Below, one piece after another: positions 1 through 12,900 of a stretch of DNA of 64,000 bases. Both the position numbers and the translations under genes were made by a program. Source of the stretch: Moniliella sp. 'wahieum' (taxonomy: Eukaryota); NCBI GenBank assembly GCA_003971905.1, contig RSEE01000051.1, positions 62,001 through 126,000 on the forward strand, read 5' to 3'. Numbering within the stretch: the first letter of the stretch is position 1; each line of letters opens with the position of its first letter. The notes under the pieces were generated by a model. It searched no databases, was not told the origin of the DNA, and worked only from the letters and a program-made list of their open reading frames with translations.

Positions 1-243
1 ACAAGTTGGCAGATTGCGCTGGGTCGGCAAGCACGGTGATAAGATGATGATTCATATATTTCGTCCTGCTGTTGGCTCCGTAGTAGACATTTGAGTAGAA
101 ACACGGGATCCAGTCCCGCCCGACTGTGTTGAGCGTGGGTCCCAGGTCCAAGGTTGTTAAACAGAAAAAAAAAAAACAGCGTAGTGGAGTGTAGCGCAAT
201 ACCGCGGCAAGGCAACGCGTTGACCTGATCGCCGGCCCCAACG

Positions 244-1427
244 TCAACACTCCAAATAAGGCCAACCCATCGGGGGTTCATCGCCGTCGTAGGAGGACCT
301 TCGGCGCCTTCGGTGCCCTCCATAACGGCGGTCCATCTCGTCCGCCTCTTCTTCGTCCATCCGACGGAGCATTTCGCGAATGCGGCGTCGGTCTTCCGGA
401 TCGCTTATAGAGTCATCATAATCGGGCTCGGGATCTTCGGCATACGGCCACGAGTTCGCTTCATCGTTCGGCAACTCCTCCGCTTCTCCATCCTGGTTCG
501 CACCAAAGTCTTGACGGATCATTTCCATCACCGCGGGTTGCAGCGGCGACGTACCATCAGGCGAAGGGTCAGCGTAGCTCGAATCACACAGACCAATCGC
601 ATCCAGTCCCTGTTGACGCCGAACGCCAAGCAAGCGACGGCGCGACTCGGGGCATCATTTCCTCCGCCGTCATGTTAAACTCAAAGGGCAACCCCTCGAT
701 CTCGTGAGCGTAGAGGCAGTCATCGGGGGGGGGGGGGGGGAGGAGGCGACGGGTGAGCATCGTGGCCACAACCGCCATCAAAAATACGGGCAGACGTAGG
801 ACGTACCAGCAAAGGGGCAAAAGATACCTGTGCAGTTCTGCAACGAGGAAAAAAAGTGCTCGCACAGCTTGTGACGAGCGGCTTCCCTATACCGATCGAC
901 AAGGGCACTCTTGTCGGTCCCCATTGGGAAAGCAGAGGATGGGATCACAAGCTGGCTCAGCTTGCGGCACATGGGACACAGTCTCCGATGCGCACCCTCA
1001 TCGGCATCCTCGCCCGTGACAAACGGGTCGGCGTCCTCAGGGACCGCGGTACGCCACTTTTGATGCACTCGTGGCAAAACACGTGGTCACAGTTGTCCAA
1101 GAGCCCAAATGTGGTGGGCACCTCGTAGCAAATGGAGCACGTGGGGCGCGTGGGAGAGGACGAACGGTCGGAATAGACAGATTCCATCCCATCCACACTG
1201 GAGACAGGTCGGATCGGTCGTGGGCATACCAGCACTTGTTGCCGCGATCGCAGTAGCCGGCCATGTAGTACCGGCAGGGCTCGGGGCCCGCGGAGCGGGC
1301 GTGAGCAATTGCGGACAAGGATCGGGTGGCGGAAGGGGCAAGCGGCGCCGCGGAGGCAGCCGCGGTGGGTGCCGTAGAACTTGCACGCCGGAGGGGAGCT
1401 GAAGGGGTAGATTGGGTCGTCGCGCAT
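244..1427 (-). CDS. Makorin-like CCCH zinc finger / RING E3 ubiquitin ligase (frameshifted; one intron ~725-806)
   Basis: Stitched across frames: CKFYGTHRGCLRGAACPFRH and CRYYMAGYCDRGNKCWYAH (two CCCH fingers), CSICYE..LLDNCDHVFCHECI..W..CPMCR (C3HC4 RING), then CEHF..CPF/DDCLYAH (C-terminal CCCH split by an intron with GTACGT donor at 806). ATG 1427, TGA 244-246. Confidence 0.85.
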
Positions 1428-1687
1428 CGCTACTTGGTGGTGGTGAGGGGGGGGGGGCAAGCAGCAGGGCGTGGTGAATCAACGTGTGTGCTATCAGGCC
1501 ATCAGGATGACCGGTGTCTGATGGGTCTACTAATCCCTGCCGCCTCCAACACAAACAACACCGCCTGCCGCGTCGCGCTGGTGCATTGCATCGGCAGGAT
1601 AATTCCGCCCCTTCCGCGCTGGGGCCGAGCACACGAGCGGAGTATGCTGTGCACGCATGCTACGCCCCCTCCCGCCCACCTCGCCTG

Positions 1688-2480
1688 ATGGCCAGCCCTG
1701 CGTCGCCATCAGCGCCCGCGCCCACCCCCGCCCGCGGGCTGGGGCCCGCACTGGGCCCGCACGTGCCTGCGCCGATGCCGGTGCTGGACTGGGACGTGCT
1801 GCCCAACGCCTCCCTCGCGCCGCGTCCGCCGCACGCGCCCGACGCCTCCCCCCCGCGCCTGCGCCCTCCGTGCCGCTCGCCATCACGCCGACGGAGCACG
1901 GCCTGATTGCCGGGATTGAACGCCGCGCGTTCCACACCCAGCTCGCCGGCTTCTTCGTGGGCGCGCTCGCCGGTGCGTATGCGCGCGCCACGCGCCGCGG
2001 CCTGGCTGGCGAGCGTACATCACCGCCATCGCCCTCGGCATGAGCGTGTCGCCGCTGGCTAGCATCCCGCTCTCCATCTACTTTTCCAAGTCCTATTTGA
2101 GCCAGATCCGAGAGGACCCCCACTTGACCGCTGTAATTCGGCAGAGCGAACGCCATCACATCCCCTTGGACCAGCTCCCCATCTCCCCGATGCGGGGGGG
2201 CAGGACACCGCGTCGGCCGACTCGGCTTCGGGCTTGCCCCCAAACAGTCCATGACCATTTCCCACTCGGCCATCCGCGACCAATGGCTCCTGTCGACCCA
2301 TTCGGGGCGCTAGGGACGGTGCCAACACCAAACACTCTAACTCCCGCATTCTCCCTCTCGCTCCCCCTCTCCATGCCAACTTTTGCCCTGCGATCTTCTG
2401 GCTTCGTGCTAATACATCCCTTGCTCCAAACTCCACCATGCTCCCGACATTGCTTTTTTGCTCTCTTGCGCACGGCTTGA
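1688..2480 (+). CDS. Hypothetical protein with two hydrophobic segments (frameshifted; ends uncertain)
   Basis: Codon-like sequence stitched as MASPASP..MPVLDWDVLP..ERRAFHTQLAGFFVGALAGAYA..AYITAIALGMSVSPLASIPLSIYFSKSYLSQIREDPHL. No family recognised; head-to-head with the makorin gene. Confidence 0.45.
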
Positions 2481-2975
2481 CATGATGCATGGCGCTTCAA
2501 GCTTTAGGTGAAGTGACCCCAACCGTCTCTAGGCCCCATCGGCCATCGCTCGCCATTTGGTGATGGCCCGCCTTACCACGGTGCGTGCCAATTACCAAAT
2601 GTGGGGAGTGCTAGCCCCCCCCCCCCCCTGTCGTGTGACATGGGAGGCACGCACGCATAGTAGATTCATGTCGATGATGCAGTCGGGAGGGCAGGTGGAC
2701 ATCGGTATGGGCTAGACGTTAGAGACGTGGAACGGAGAGGTGAAAAGGCCAGGGGATTATTGAAAGTAAGAGGGAGAGTGGCGCCACAATGTCCTGTAGC
2801 AGGCCGCACACGGCACATCGCACCACCTCCCGCCGCCCATGGACTCAGCTGGAGAAAGGATGGATTGGCTAAGTGGCCCACGCTCCGGCTGTGCGCACCT
2901 CTGGGGATCTCGGTGTAGGTGCAGCCAGCACATTACTAGTTACTCCGCCCACGACCATTGACTAGTGACTTCTCC

Positions 2976-4836
2976 ATGGTGGGGTGGACGCGCATGTTCC
3001 GGCTCTTGGTGCTGGCGGGGGCGGCGTTGACGTGTCCTGTCTCGGCGCATGGCAACCACGAGCATGCGAGCGAGGTGCAGGACGCGGTGGCGGTGGATTG
3101 GGCGCTATGGATGCACATTGGGCTGCAAGCGTCGATTTGGCTGGTGATCTTTCCCTTGGTCATGGTCCTCGGGCTGGTGCGACATCGGCTCCATGTGCCG
3201 CTGGGCGCGGCTGCGTTAGCAAGTACGCTGGTAGGGTACGTCTTGGGCTATGCGCATCGAGGCCGCCAGTTCCCCTCGTCGGCCCACGGTCCAATGGCAA
3301 GTTTCCTGTTCGTATATCTCGTGGCGCAATTGGCGCTCGGGGTGTACTTGAAGCTGCACCGGCAACTGTTTGGGGCGCATGTGCATCGCATTCTCCTTTT
3401 TCTCCATGGCATCTTGGGCCGTCTGTTCCCCATTTTGGCCTGGGCGCAATGTCTTTTGGGCATTGTCGCGTTCCGAGGCTGGTGCCGGACGGGAGAGTTG
3501 GGTCAATGCCTGGCCCATTAAATTATGGGCAGCTCCATTTCGGCCTATGGCGTGGTGCTCGTGCTTTCCCTTTCTGCCGGCGGCACCGCCTGGCTCGCAC
3601 GGCAGAAGATGGCCCAAGAACATTATGAAGCGTGGCTCATCTTCCTCTGGGGCATGTTCAACACCTTTACCGAGCATCGAGGAGGGCCTTGGACACACAA
3701 GGATCTGCAACACACCATGATGGGCGTCCTGTGGTGGACAGGAGGCGCTGCAGCACTTTGGCAGACGCGCCATGGCCGCCGCTCCGTTTTCCCTTCCCTC
3801 ATTCTCTTCTTGACTGGATGGGCCATGTCGGCACATACCCAAGCTTTGGTCGGTCCCTCCCCCTACTCTATCGGCACACAAATGTTCAGGATGTGGTACT
3901 GACCTGTCTTGCGCTGGGATAGATGGTGTCAAGGATGGTGCATACCCTGTTCGGCTACGCACTGTGCGGAGCTTCCTTGGCGCGGATCATCGAGATTTGC
4001 TTTATCCTCAAGGAGCAACGCAATACCGACGAGATGCCGACGGAAGGGGCCGCGGTTGCTCAAGGACGGGAGGGTACGCCGACTGCCGGGCAACGTGCAG
4101 CTGCTCGCTCGCCCCGCATTTTCTCCTACATGCCTGCCTACCTTATGGTCGCCGCTGGAATCCTCTTCATGTCGGGCACGGACGAGGAGATGCACTGGGC
4201 CGATGCGAATGGGATCGATGGTGGGACATGGGGTATGGTGGACTTTTCATGGGCGTTCCTAGTGTTTTCTACACGTGTGTGCTGGTGGACCAGTACACGG
4301 CGTGGGGAGGGCGCTATGGCCAACGTACCGCCGCCACTCGCGCCATGGCGGAGCAAGACGCGGAACAAGGAGACCCAGCGTTGTACCATGCGATTGCGCC
4401 GCATGACTGTGACCGCGAAGTCTACGAAAACGACGGCTCGGCGCCGCTGGAGATGGAAGAGACGGGGCTGAGGAGAGGAGCGGAGGAGAGCCCCCACCAC
4501 CACAGTCGCTCGCCCCAACCCGCGGCCGCCGTAGGTTCACTGACAATGCCATCTGCCGGTGGCGCGGATGCAGGCGGGTACGGCAGTGGGCGGGGAGCGG
4601 GGGACGAAACCCACGTGCTGTGGTCGGCGTATGACGACGATCCGGCGCGCGACCCGTTCGGGGAGGACGAGGGGAGGAGGATGCGGCGCTGGTGTGAGCG
4701 GTGGCGGTGCGAAATGTATTTTGCACATCAGTTGTCTGTAGAGCAGAGGCGGGGCACAGGGGCAGTGCGCGGCGGCGGCCATGTTGCAGCGATCGTAGAA
4801 GCGGCGCTGAGGGGGCGCAGCAGTGCGTGCGATTAA
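2976..4836 (+). CDS. YTP1: Ytp1-like multipass membrane protein (intron 3849-3922; in-frame TAA 3519-3521; frameshift ~4270; 3' end uncertain)
   Basis: Signal peptide then H-rich segment, LWMHIGLQ..IFPLVMVLGLVRHRLHVP, GHAH-like GYAHRGRQF, GQCLAH*IMGS, NTFTEHRGGPWTHKDLQHTMMGVLWW, GWAMSAHTQAL|MVSRMVHTLFGY, GILFMSGTDEE: motifs I recognise from fungal Ytp1. Intron GTCGGT..CTGAC..TAG restores frame. Confidence 0.85.
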
Positions 4837-4931
4837 TTAACCGCCATGGGCCCGTTTAACCTTCAGTTGAAGGCCCACCTTTATTAGCCCCTGCGCTCCC
4901 CGCAGCAGGCGCCCCGCTGCCTCCCCCCCCC

Positions 4932-6768
4932 ATGTTCGCCGCCAGCCTGCCGCCGCCCGTGCCCGCCGAGGGCCTGGACCGCTCCAGCACCGCCGCCGAG
5001 CTGCGCACCACCGTCGCCGCCCTGCGCGCCAGCCTGGCCTGGCACGCCCACGCCCTCGCGGCGGCCCAGGCGGCCCACGACGCGCTTGCCCAGCGCGCCG
5101 CCGCCGACGAGGACAGCCAGGAGCGCGCTCGCGCCGCCACCAACGGCCGCAACGAGGCTGTCCAGCTCATCGACACGCTCCGTGCCCAGCTGGCCCAGGC
5201 ACGCGCCGAGCGCGACGAGCAGGCCGGCACGGTGCGCGACCTGCGCTTGCGCCTCGACGACTCGCGCAAAGCATTTATGCGCGTCCAATCCGAGGGCGAG
5301 CATGCTCGCAAGTCCATTGCCGACCGCCGCCGGTCCATCCCAGCGGCGTGTCGGCCAGCGCTGGCCTTGTCCTCAACCGCCGCGCCGCCTCTCCCGCCCC
5401 CCAGCTGACAAGGCGGCTGCCCACGAGGAGGAAGCCAAGGCCAAACGCACCTCGAAGCGTGCCTCGCTCGCGTTTGGACCCAACGGAACGATCAACATGG
5501 CTGCCGCCCGTAATTTGGGTCGCACTTCGCATGCCCACACTGCGTCCATCACCCTCTCCTCGGCCAACGCCACCGCGAGCTCCACCGACAAGCTGCGCCG
5601 TTGTCCCTGATCCCAGGCCCGCCCTCTTCCTCCACCGCGCCGGCTTGGATGGCCTATGCAAGCTCCCCTCAGATCGGAGCCGAGGAAGCCCCGCTGGCGG
5701 GGGCCTCCCTCCTGCCGCTCCGGCCAGCGGCGCTCTGGCCAGCCTGACCGCTACCGAACATCGTCGCCCCCCACACCACCGCACGTCCAGCAGTGTGAGT
5801 GGCACTAGCGCCTTGAGTTCCTCCCTCCGTCCTATGTCCCCCTCGGCTCAGAGCACCGCCTCTTCTCGCGCGCCTAGTCCGCGGCCACCGCCTCCTTCGG
5901 CCGCTTCTGCCATCCAAGCTGCTGCGGCGGCCGATGCGGACGAGGCGGATGCGAATCGGCGCCGGTCTCGCATGCTGGGCACGGGGAGTGCGTGTTTCGA
6001 GGGCCCTGTGGGATCGGGTCAAGCGGGTCAAGCGGGTGTGACGTGCGAGCGACTGAGTGCGCAGCTGACCGCGCGGGGATGGAGATGGAGCATCTGAGAC
6101 AAGAGATGCGTCGGCTTCGAGACGAATTGGACGAGGCACGCGAAGCTCGGGCGGCGTCGGAGGTGTGTCTACATGCGTTGCGAGCGTTTGTTGCTTCCCT
6201 CCCGCCGGAACCAGAACCAGGTGCGGTCCACGCCCCCGTCCCCGCAGGTGCAAGTGCCGTTGCCAATGGGCCCTCAACCGCTGCCGCCAGGTCCCGTTTG
6301 TCCCCTCTCCCGGACGATTCAATGGGAGGTTCGCAAGCGGGGGATGAAACGATGGTGATGCCTCGCTCAAGGGAGCATGACCAGGCGCAGGAATCTTGGT
6401 CAACCAAGCTCGGTTCCATGTGGAGGCGGGCGAACCCACCGCGTGCTCCTCCTTCCTCCTCAAGAGGACCGACGAACCCTTCGGAATCCACAAGGGCCGG
6501 CTCCGACACACTGCGCGCTCGTCCCAACTCGTATGCCCAACAGAGGGCAGGAACCAGTCTGGGCATTCCGACTTTCCCAAGCTTGCACCCACCCCGGTCT
6601 TCCACCCCGTCGGGTTCGAATTCGTGGGATGAGCGACCTGCGACCGTGCTGGAAGAGGAGGAGGTACGAAGGACAGGCACTTATTATGCCCATCGACCCG
6701 CGGCTGCTCCACGGTTGTCACCGCCGGGCGCGAGCGCCGCCTCACACCTGGAAGAGATTGCATTGTGA
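4932..6768 (+). CDS. Hypothetical protein with two coiled-coil regions and Ser/Pro-rich linkers (frameshifted)
   Basis: Consecutive + ORFs 4932-5408, 5086-5610, 5348-6097 and 5992-6768 join by frameshifts. Heptad-like segments LIDTLRAQLAQARAERDEQ..LRLRLDDSRKAFMR and LRQEMRRLRDELDEAREARAASEVCLHALRAFV; ends EEIAL*. Confidence 0.65.
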
Positions 6769-7302
6769 CAGTCACATGGCTTGTACCATACCGGGGTATT
6801 CGTTCCCTTCCCAGTCTGGTGGCTGCCAGTTTGGCCAGAGACTTTGGACCATAGGAGGCAGTCTTGTTGAACCTTGAGCGCGATTAGATCGATTAGAGTA
6901 GATGCCAGGATCTTACTCCTCTAGTTGGCGACATGGACCGGCTTGTGGTACACGCCGGGCATGCTTTTCGCCCCTATTTAGGCACAGCAGATTTTCACCA
7001 AACCACAGTTCAGTTCCCATGCTGCTGCCCACACTTGGTTGATTCGCTCCGTTCTGTAGCCTGATGGCTAGCATGGTTTTGTACGGGGACGTACACGGCG
7101 AGAATGCGTACGCGTTGGCCACGGAACATGCGCTGTCGCGGGTCCTGTGCTGAAGGCGGTGGCTCTCTCTAGCTGGCGTGTTTCCGCCAAGAACGAGTCA
7201 ACTCAGAGGGCAAGCTGGGGGCCGGGGTAAATTGGCCTCCGCCCGAGGATCGGCAGCAATTCAAGACCATTCCCATCGCAATTGCCATTGCCGTTGCCAC
7301 TG

Positions 7303-7338
7303 CCACCACCACCACCACCACCACCACCACCACCACCA
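7303..7338 (+). repeat. (CCA)12 microsatellite just upstream of the DHHC gene start
   Basis: Perfect CCA run, preceded by TTGCCA-type hexamers. Confidence 0.9.
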
Positions 7339-7378
7339 TCGTCACCATCTCTGTCTTTGTCCAAGGGTGTGCTTGACG

Positions 7379-9370
7379 ATGCGCACCCGCCAGCTGCTGG
7401 GAAAGACCATTCCTCTCCTACTTCTCGCGTATGGCATGTGAGTATGTGCCGCGTGCAGGTGCGCGATGCGCCCCTGGCTGTGTGGCTGTGTTGCCTGACT
7501 GTTCCGCCTGGCTGCCTGTTGCTTGCAGTCCCGCCTATATCTGCACCTACACGTACATCCAGCAACATCTTCGCCCCGCCCACTCGGATTTGGCCATCAA
7601 TGCCTTGCTGGTGTATCTCCACATCCTGCTTCTGCTCGTCGTGACGAGCTACCTGCGGATCTACCTTGCACGCGTGCCCGGCCCCCCGCCACCTCTAACC
7701 TTCCTAGCCACCTCCCCTCCGCCTGGGCGCGACCCGGAAACCGCCTTGCCCAGCTCGCCGTGTTCCTGGCTCTGCTGGGTCGCCACGACGTTTTTCCCTC
7801 TGCGGTTGCGGGACCCCCTTCCTGCTCTTCCTCGCGAGGAAGAGTGGGACCGGATGCGCAAACATGTTTTGCACCAGTGTGATTCTCGTGGACAGGTGCT
7901 GCGCTGCTGGCGAGATGGATGTGGAGGACGCTTCAAACCTGCCCGGTGCGTTGCGATGAGCGCGCCATCTGTTCTTGCTTGTCCTGCCTGCTACTAATGT
8001 TCTTTCGCTCACCCGTCACAGCACTCGCCACTGCGGCGACTGTGGCACCTGCCGTCCTGGTCTGGACCATCATTGTCCTCTGGTACGTACGCCTTGCCCC
8101 TCTGTCTTGTCATGTTCGGGGTCTAGGCAGCTAACACCAGAACGATGTACGCGCGTAGTTTGCCCAAGATATTGTGGTCAAGCATACCCTGTCCAGCTTC
8201 TTGGCCTTCTCGTATTTTCCTCGGTCCTTTTCCTCTCCCTCTTGGCACTCACCTGGCGCTGGACCGTAGCCAACACAATGACCATCGCCCGCTTTGCCTG
8301 GTTGGACCCCAGCATGGGACCGGCGTGGTGGGAGAAACGGTGGACGTGGTACGGCGGCCCCAATACCCGCTACGTCGGTGCCTTGATCCAAGCCCGCCGC
8401 TTGCTCCGTGCCAAGCACCCCGACCACACCTATACCCTGATGCCCTTGGTCGTGCTCAGTGGCGCAGTCGGATGTACCTGCATCGCCTGTGGTACGTACT
8501 TGTCTTTGCCTTGTCTGTCTCCCAACCCTCTTTCTTACACTCACGCTTCCCCCGCTCCCGCTCCCTCTGCATCTTGCATCTTGCATCTTGCCTCCTCCCT
8601 TGCTGCCGTCAGCGTTAGGATGGGCCACCTTTCGCAACGCCCTCCAAGGCGACCTGACCATCGATCGACGACGACGCACATGGTTGCGCCCGCCAGAGCC
8701 TGCGCCGCAGCCTACTTGGTCCCCTGCCGCGCCCCGCACCTCCCCCGCACCTGTGGCCACCGCCATCGAAGGTCCCCAGCGTGGGTCGGCAGTGCTCCTC
8801 CGTAGTGACGCCGTCCCGTGCCGACGCCGACCAACAGAGACAGGGACAGAGGGGAGCGACACTCTCCTCATTTCCCCGTCTCCATCCCCCTCGCCTTCCA
8901 CATTGCCTTCTCGGCCCGAGCCGAGGTCCGAGTCGCTGTCGCCTTGGATGTACTTTTGGGTGCCGTGCGCGCTGTGCGGTCCGTTGGTGCCCCTCCGCGC
9001 CAGCGCCGCTCAGCACCACGTCCTGGACCAGGGCGGGATCGTCGTCGCTCTCCACGAGCTGGAACGGCCTTACGGGACAGAAGGTCTATCGTTGTACCAA
9101 CTGTTTTCGTTTATCGAGTACGTCCCCCCCCTCTTACTGTCCCCGCTCCTTGGTGCGAATTGAATTGGGTGGAGTGGAATTTCTTTGACTGACACCTCCC
9201 CTCCCCGGTGGTGTCTCTATTGTTGTTGTTGTCGTTATTGTTGCTGGGACAGTCCGTGGTGCTCATCTGTTGATCAGCTGCAGCCTCCCTTGCCCCAGCA
9301 TACTCGTCGCCGCCTCGTTTCGCTCGCGCGACACCAATTTGACCGCCTCGCCGAACCACCGTCAGCCTGA
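7379..9370 (+). CDS. DHHC zinc-finger protein S-acyltransferase (palmitoyltransferase), 5 introns
   Basis: Spliced Cys-rich domain CWRDGCGGRFKPAR|TRHCGDCGTCRPGLDHHCPL|FAQD (DHHC at 8065-8076) flanked by TM helices, later TTxE-like LTID. Inferred GT-AG introns: 7438-7528, 7946-8021, 8083-8158, 8492-8612, 9118-9252; last exon ends EPPSA* at 9370. Confidence 0.85.
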
Positions 9371-9999
9371 CAACCACACCCGGGACCCATCCCATCGGCA
9401 TTGGTTGCGCGGCCTAGCTCATGCCTACCCATCCACGTCGCGCGCTACGCGGCCATGGCTCCTGGCTTCTGATTCCTGGTTTTTGGTTGCCACACTGCCC
9501 CCCCCCACCGCTCTAACGAGTCCCCTGCACTGTGCCCGGCTTGCTCGCGCTGGGTTCTGGCCCAGAGGGAAGAACGGGTACCCGATGGACATGGGACATG
9601 GGACATGAGTTGGAACGACGTTGAACGGATGACGATGGATCATGGATCCTCAGGCGTCCCATGTCGTATGACTATGCAAGATGGATGGCATGCGACTCTA
9701 TAGTCCCTATATAGTCAGTCCGTGTCAGTACCCTCCTTCCCCATCGGCTCACGTGGTCTGGGGGGGGGGGGGTGCAACGCAGCCACACTGGCAGGCAGCC
9801 AAGCGGAGAGAAGGTACTAGTCATACAATCACGTAGGCAAAAAAAATGATACACGGGGCCCGAGGGCTTGATGGCTCAAGGGCTCAAGGGCTCGAGGGGA
9901 TGGAGCTTGAAGCGTCAAGTGAGCGCACCGGTACGCGCGTACCGGCCGCGAAGGGATACGATAAATGCGGGGTCCGGGTCGTGGCGGGCCGCAGAGCAC

Positions 10000-12900
10000 T
10001 CACGAGGCAGGCCCGAGCCCAAAAGCGGCGTGTGAGAGGGGACATAGAACGAACGTGTGCGCTCGGGAGCCCGAGCCAAGCGACCAAGCAGCTCTACCAT
10101 GTGCTGATGGGCCGCACACCGCACCAAGAGGGGAAACGGCCAAAGCAAGCCAAAGGAGCGAGAAGGCGCAAATAAGTACAGCAATCGAGGGCGGAAGGGG
10201 TTGGATTTTGGGGCGTAGCACCGTGCGGACTGTGGAGGGGGAGGTGCGGCTCAGATACCCATCAACGTTCCGGCCGCGGAGAGGATCAGGGCCGGGAGGG
10301 ATGCCGGTCCATGTGGCGTTCTGGGAGGTGCGTAAAGGTAGGAGAGGGCATCCCAGAGCCGCCCATCCGTCCGGCAAGAGTTGGAGTTGAAGGTTGCGCC
10401 CGGCGGTGCAGATGCCCAGTACGACGGGGAACGTCATAGGCGGTGGGAGGGGGACCGTGTCCGTGTCCGTGTCCTTGTCTGTGTACCTGTCCTCCTCGGC
10501 CCGTCGGTGGGTGCGGTAAGCAGCGCCGTGATCCGGAACGATGGGGGGGCGGTGCGGGACCTGGGGGGTGGCTAAAGACAGAAAAGGTGATGCGGAGCAA
10601 GCGCAGTGGTCGACCGCCAGGCAGCGTCGTAAGCGGGACCGGCAATTCCATCTGGTACGGCTCGGCTGCCACCGGGGCGCAGGGCGGCGTCGCAGAGGGA
10701 AGGATGGGCGCGAGCGGATCAAGTGTGTCCCAGGGGGCGATAGTTTGGCGGTCGTGAGCAGCGGGCAGGGGGGCGGGGTTGGTCGTCTCCGCCCCGTCGG
10801 GAGCGGAGGGAGGACACTGTGTCACTAGTAGATCCGCAGTGCGACCCGATCGAAATTGAAGCATGGGGGAGCACGTCTCCTCGCCCTCTTTCACCCACCC
10901 AGCGAGGGGCGACGCCGACCGGCTCGTTTGGGCCTCCTTTCTCGGTTCCTGCGAAAAGGAACCCATGGATGAAGGGGAAGCAACCATCGTGCCTAGGGGC
11001 ACAGGTGTGTCAGGCTGAATCGATTTTTCCTCGGCTGGACAAGACAACAGAGCTCCCTCCGTGGTTGCGCGAGGGGGTGCAGATGCAGATGCAGATGCAG
11101 ATGCAGGCAGCGAGCGGTCCCAGAACGTCTCCCCTCCTTTGATTCGTCAGGCCGCGTCGACCGAGCAAGAGCTAGGTTCATAGTTCGTGAGCTGGGCCAA
11201 AGCCGCGCCCGCCCTTCCTTCTCCTTCTCCGCGGAAGAGGAAGAGAGAGAGGCAATAAGAGGAGACAGAAGATGGGTGGGCGCAGGCAGGGGTGCCCGAC
11301 CAGGTGAGGGCTTGATCCTTGTCACGGACGTCAAGGGCATAGCGCGTGCCCCAGCATGGTTTTCACCTGAGCGCCCTCCAGGTGCAGGCCCCACCAGGCC
11401 GCTCTCCCGCGAACTGGGTACTGCGACGCCCGTAGACAATGCGGTCTGAGCCTCGGGGTGGGTGGGTTCTTCGCGTGTCGCAGCCGGGCCCGTGAGGGCC
11501 CGAGGCTGACGTGATACTGGGCTACCAGAGAGGGGCGACTCGAGCGAGATGTGCGCAGAGGGAGGAACGCTATCGCCAACGGAACGAGAGGTGTGTGAAT
11601 GGTTGGTTGCGTGGGGGTGCAAATGCAAAGCGCGAGCTGTGGAAGAAAAGGAGTGAGGCAAGATACGCGCCGTGCGGCGTTTGGCATCCGTCTCCGTCTT
11701 GCCGGTCTGCTCTGGAGGTTGATGAAGAGCCGGCTTTCCTTTGCCCACAGTCCCGTTGATGGGCCAGACCCAATTGGCCAAACTCTGATGCGAAGGAGAG
11801 CCCGTGGCAAGGAAGCTGGTTGTCAACCCTCGTGGGCGCGTCGGAGAGTGGTTCCCTGCACGAGGAGGGAGCGAGGTGCACTGGAGGGAGGTGAACGCTT
11901 CGTGATGAGGTCTGATCGCTCTCCGTCCCGATGGCGGTGTCTCCGTTGGAAGCGCTCGACTTAAAAGCTCGCTCTCGGTGACCGACAGCCCCGCAGGCGC
12001 CAACAGACCTGGTGGGGAGCGGCGCGAAGAGGGAGGGGCAGAGGGACCACGCAAGGTTGATGGCCCCTCTTCATCTTGGGATGAACTATTATGCTGCAAG
12101 GCTGAATCGTGGTCGAGAGCAGAAGGTGTTAATATATCGCAACAACGACAGCAATTGGGAACGTGGAGGGGGAAGGAGTGGAGGGAGCAGCGTACCATCT
12201 TGTTCCGAGGACGCAGCCAAGTGTGGCTGGGGCCGTTTGAGGCTAAAACGGGACATGAGCGCGCGATCCCATCTAGAAAAGGATGGTCGGCGCTCTTCTC
12301 CATTGGAGCCCAGCGGCGTTCCTGGCTCTGAGGGCGTGATTACGGAGGCTTGGGCCCAACTGCTGGGAGATAACAACGAAGACCATGCCCCAGATGAGCT
12401 AGGCGAATGGCCATGTGGGTCCTGGTCGGAAGATGGAAGCCAGGTGTTGCCATGGGGCGTGCCGGGCACCGATGTAGGCGCGATATCGTCTTGCCCTTTG
12501 GAGGGTGGAGTAGGCACAGCTGATGGATCGTCGGATGTGCGGCTGAGGGATTGGGCCCGGTGAGTGCGGGCCGCACGGCGTGTCCCGGGAGGCAGTGGGG
12601 ACCCGGAGCGAGAACCAGGGGTTGAACGAACCGTGGGCGGGGCACCTGTTGACACGGCTGAGGGCGGCTCGGGCCCACTATGGCGCTTATAGGCCACAGT
12701 GCCTAATGATGGAAGCAAAGTGCGTCCTTGGGCCCGCGCGTTCGTTTCTGACGAACTGGGCGAGCGGGGCGTATGGGGAAAGCGTGGTTTGGTAGTGGCC
12801 ACACCCGTAGGTTTGGCCGCACTCACAGGGAAGAGACGTAACCGTCCACGTGCCTGAACGGAGGGAGCCGATGGCGGGAACCCGGCTGGGGTGAGCAAAG

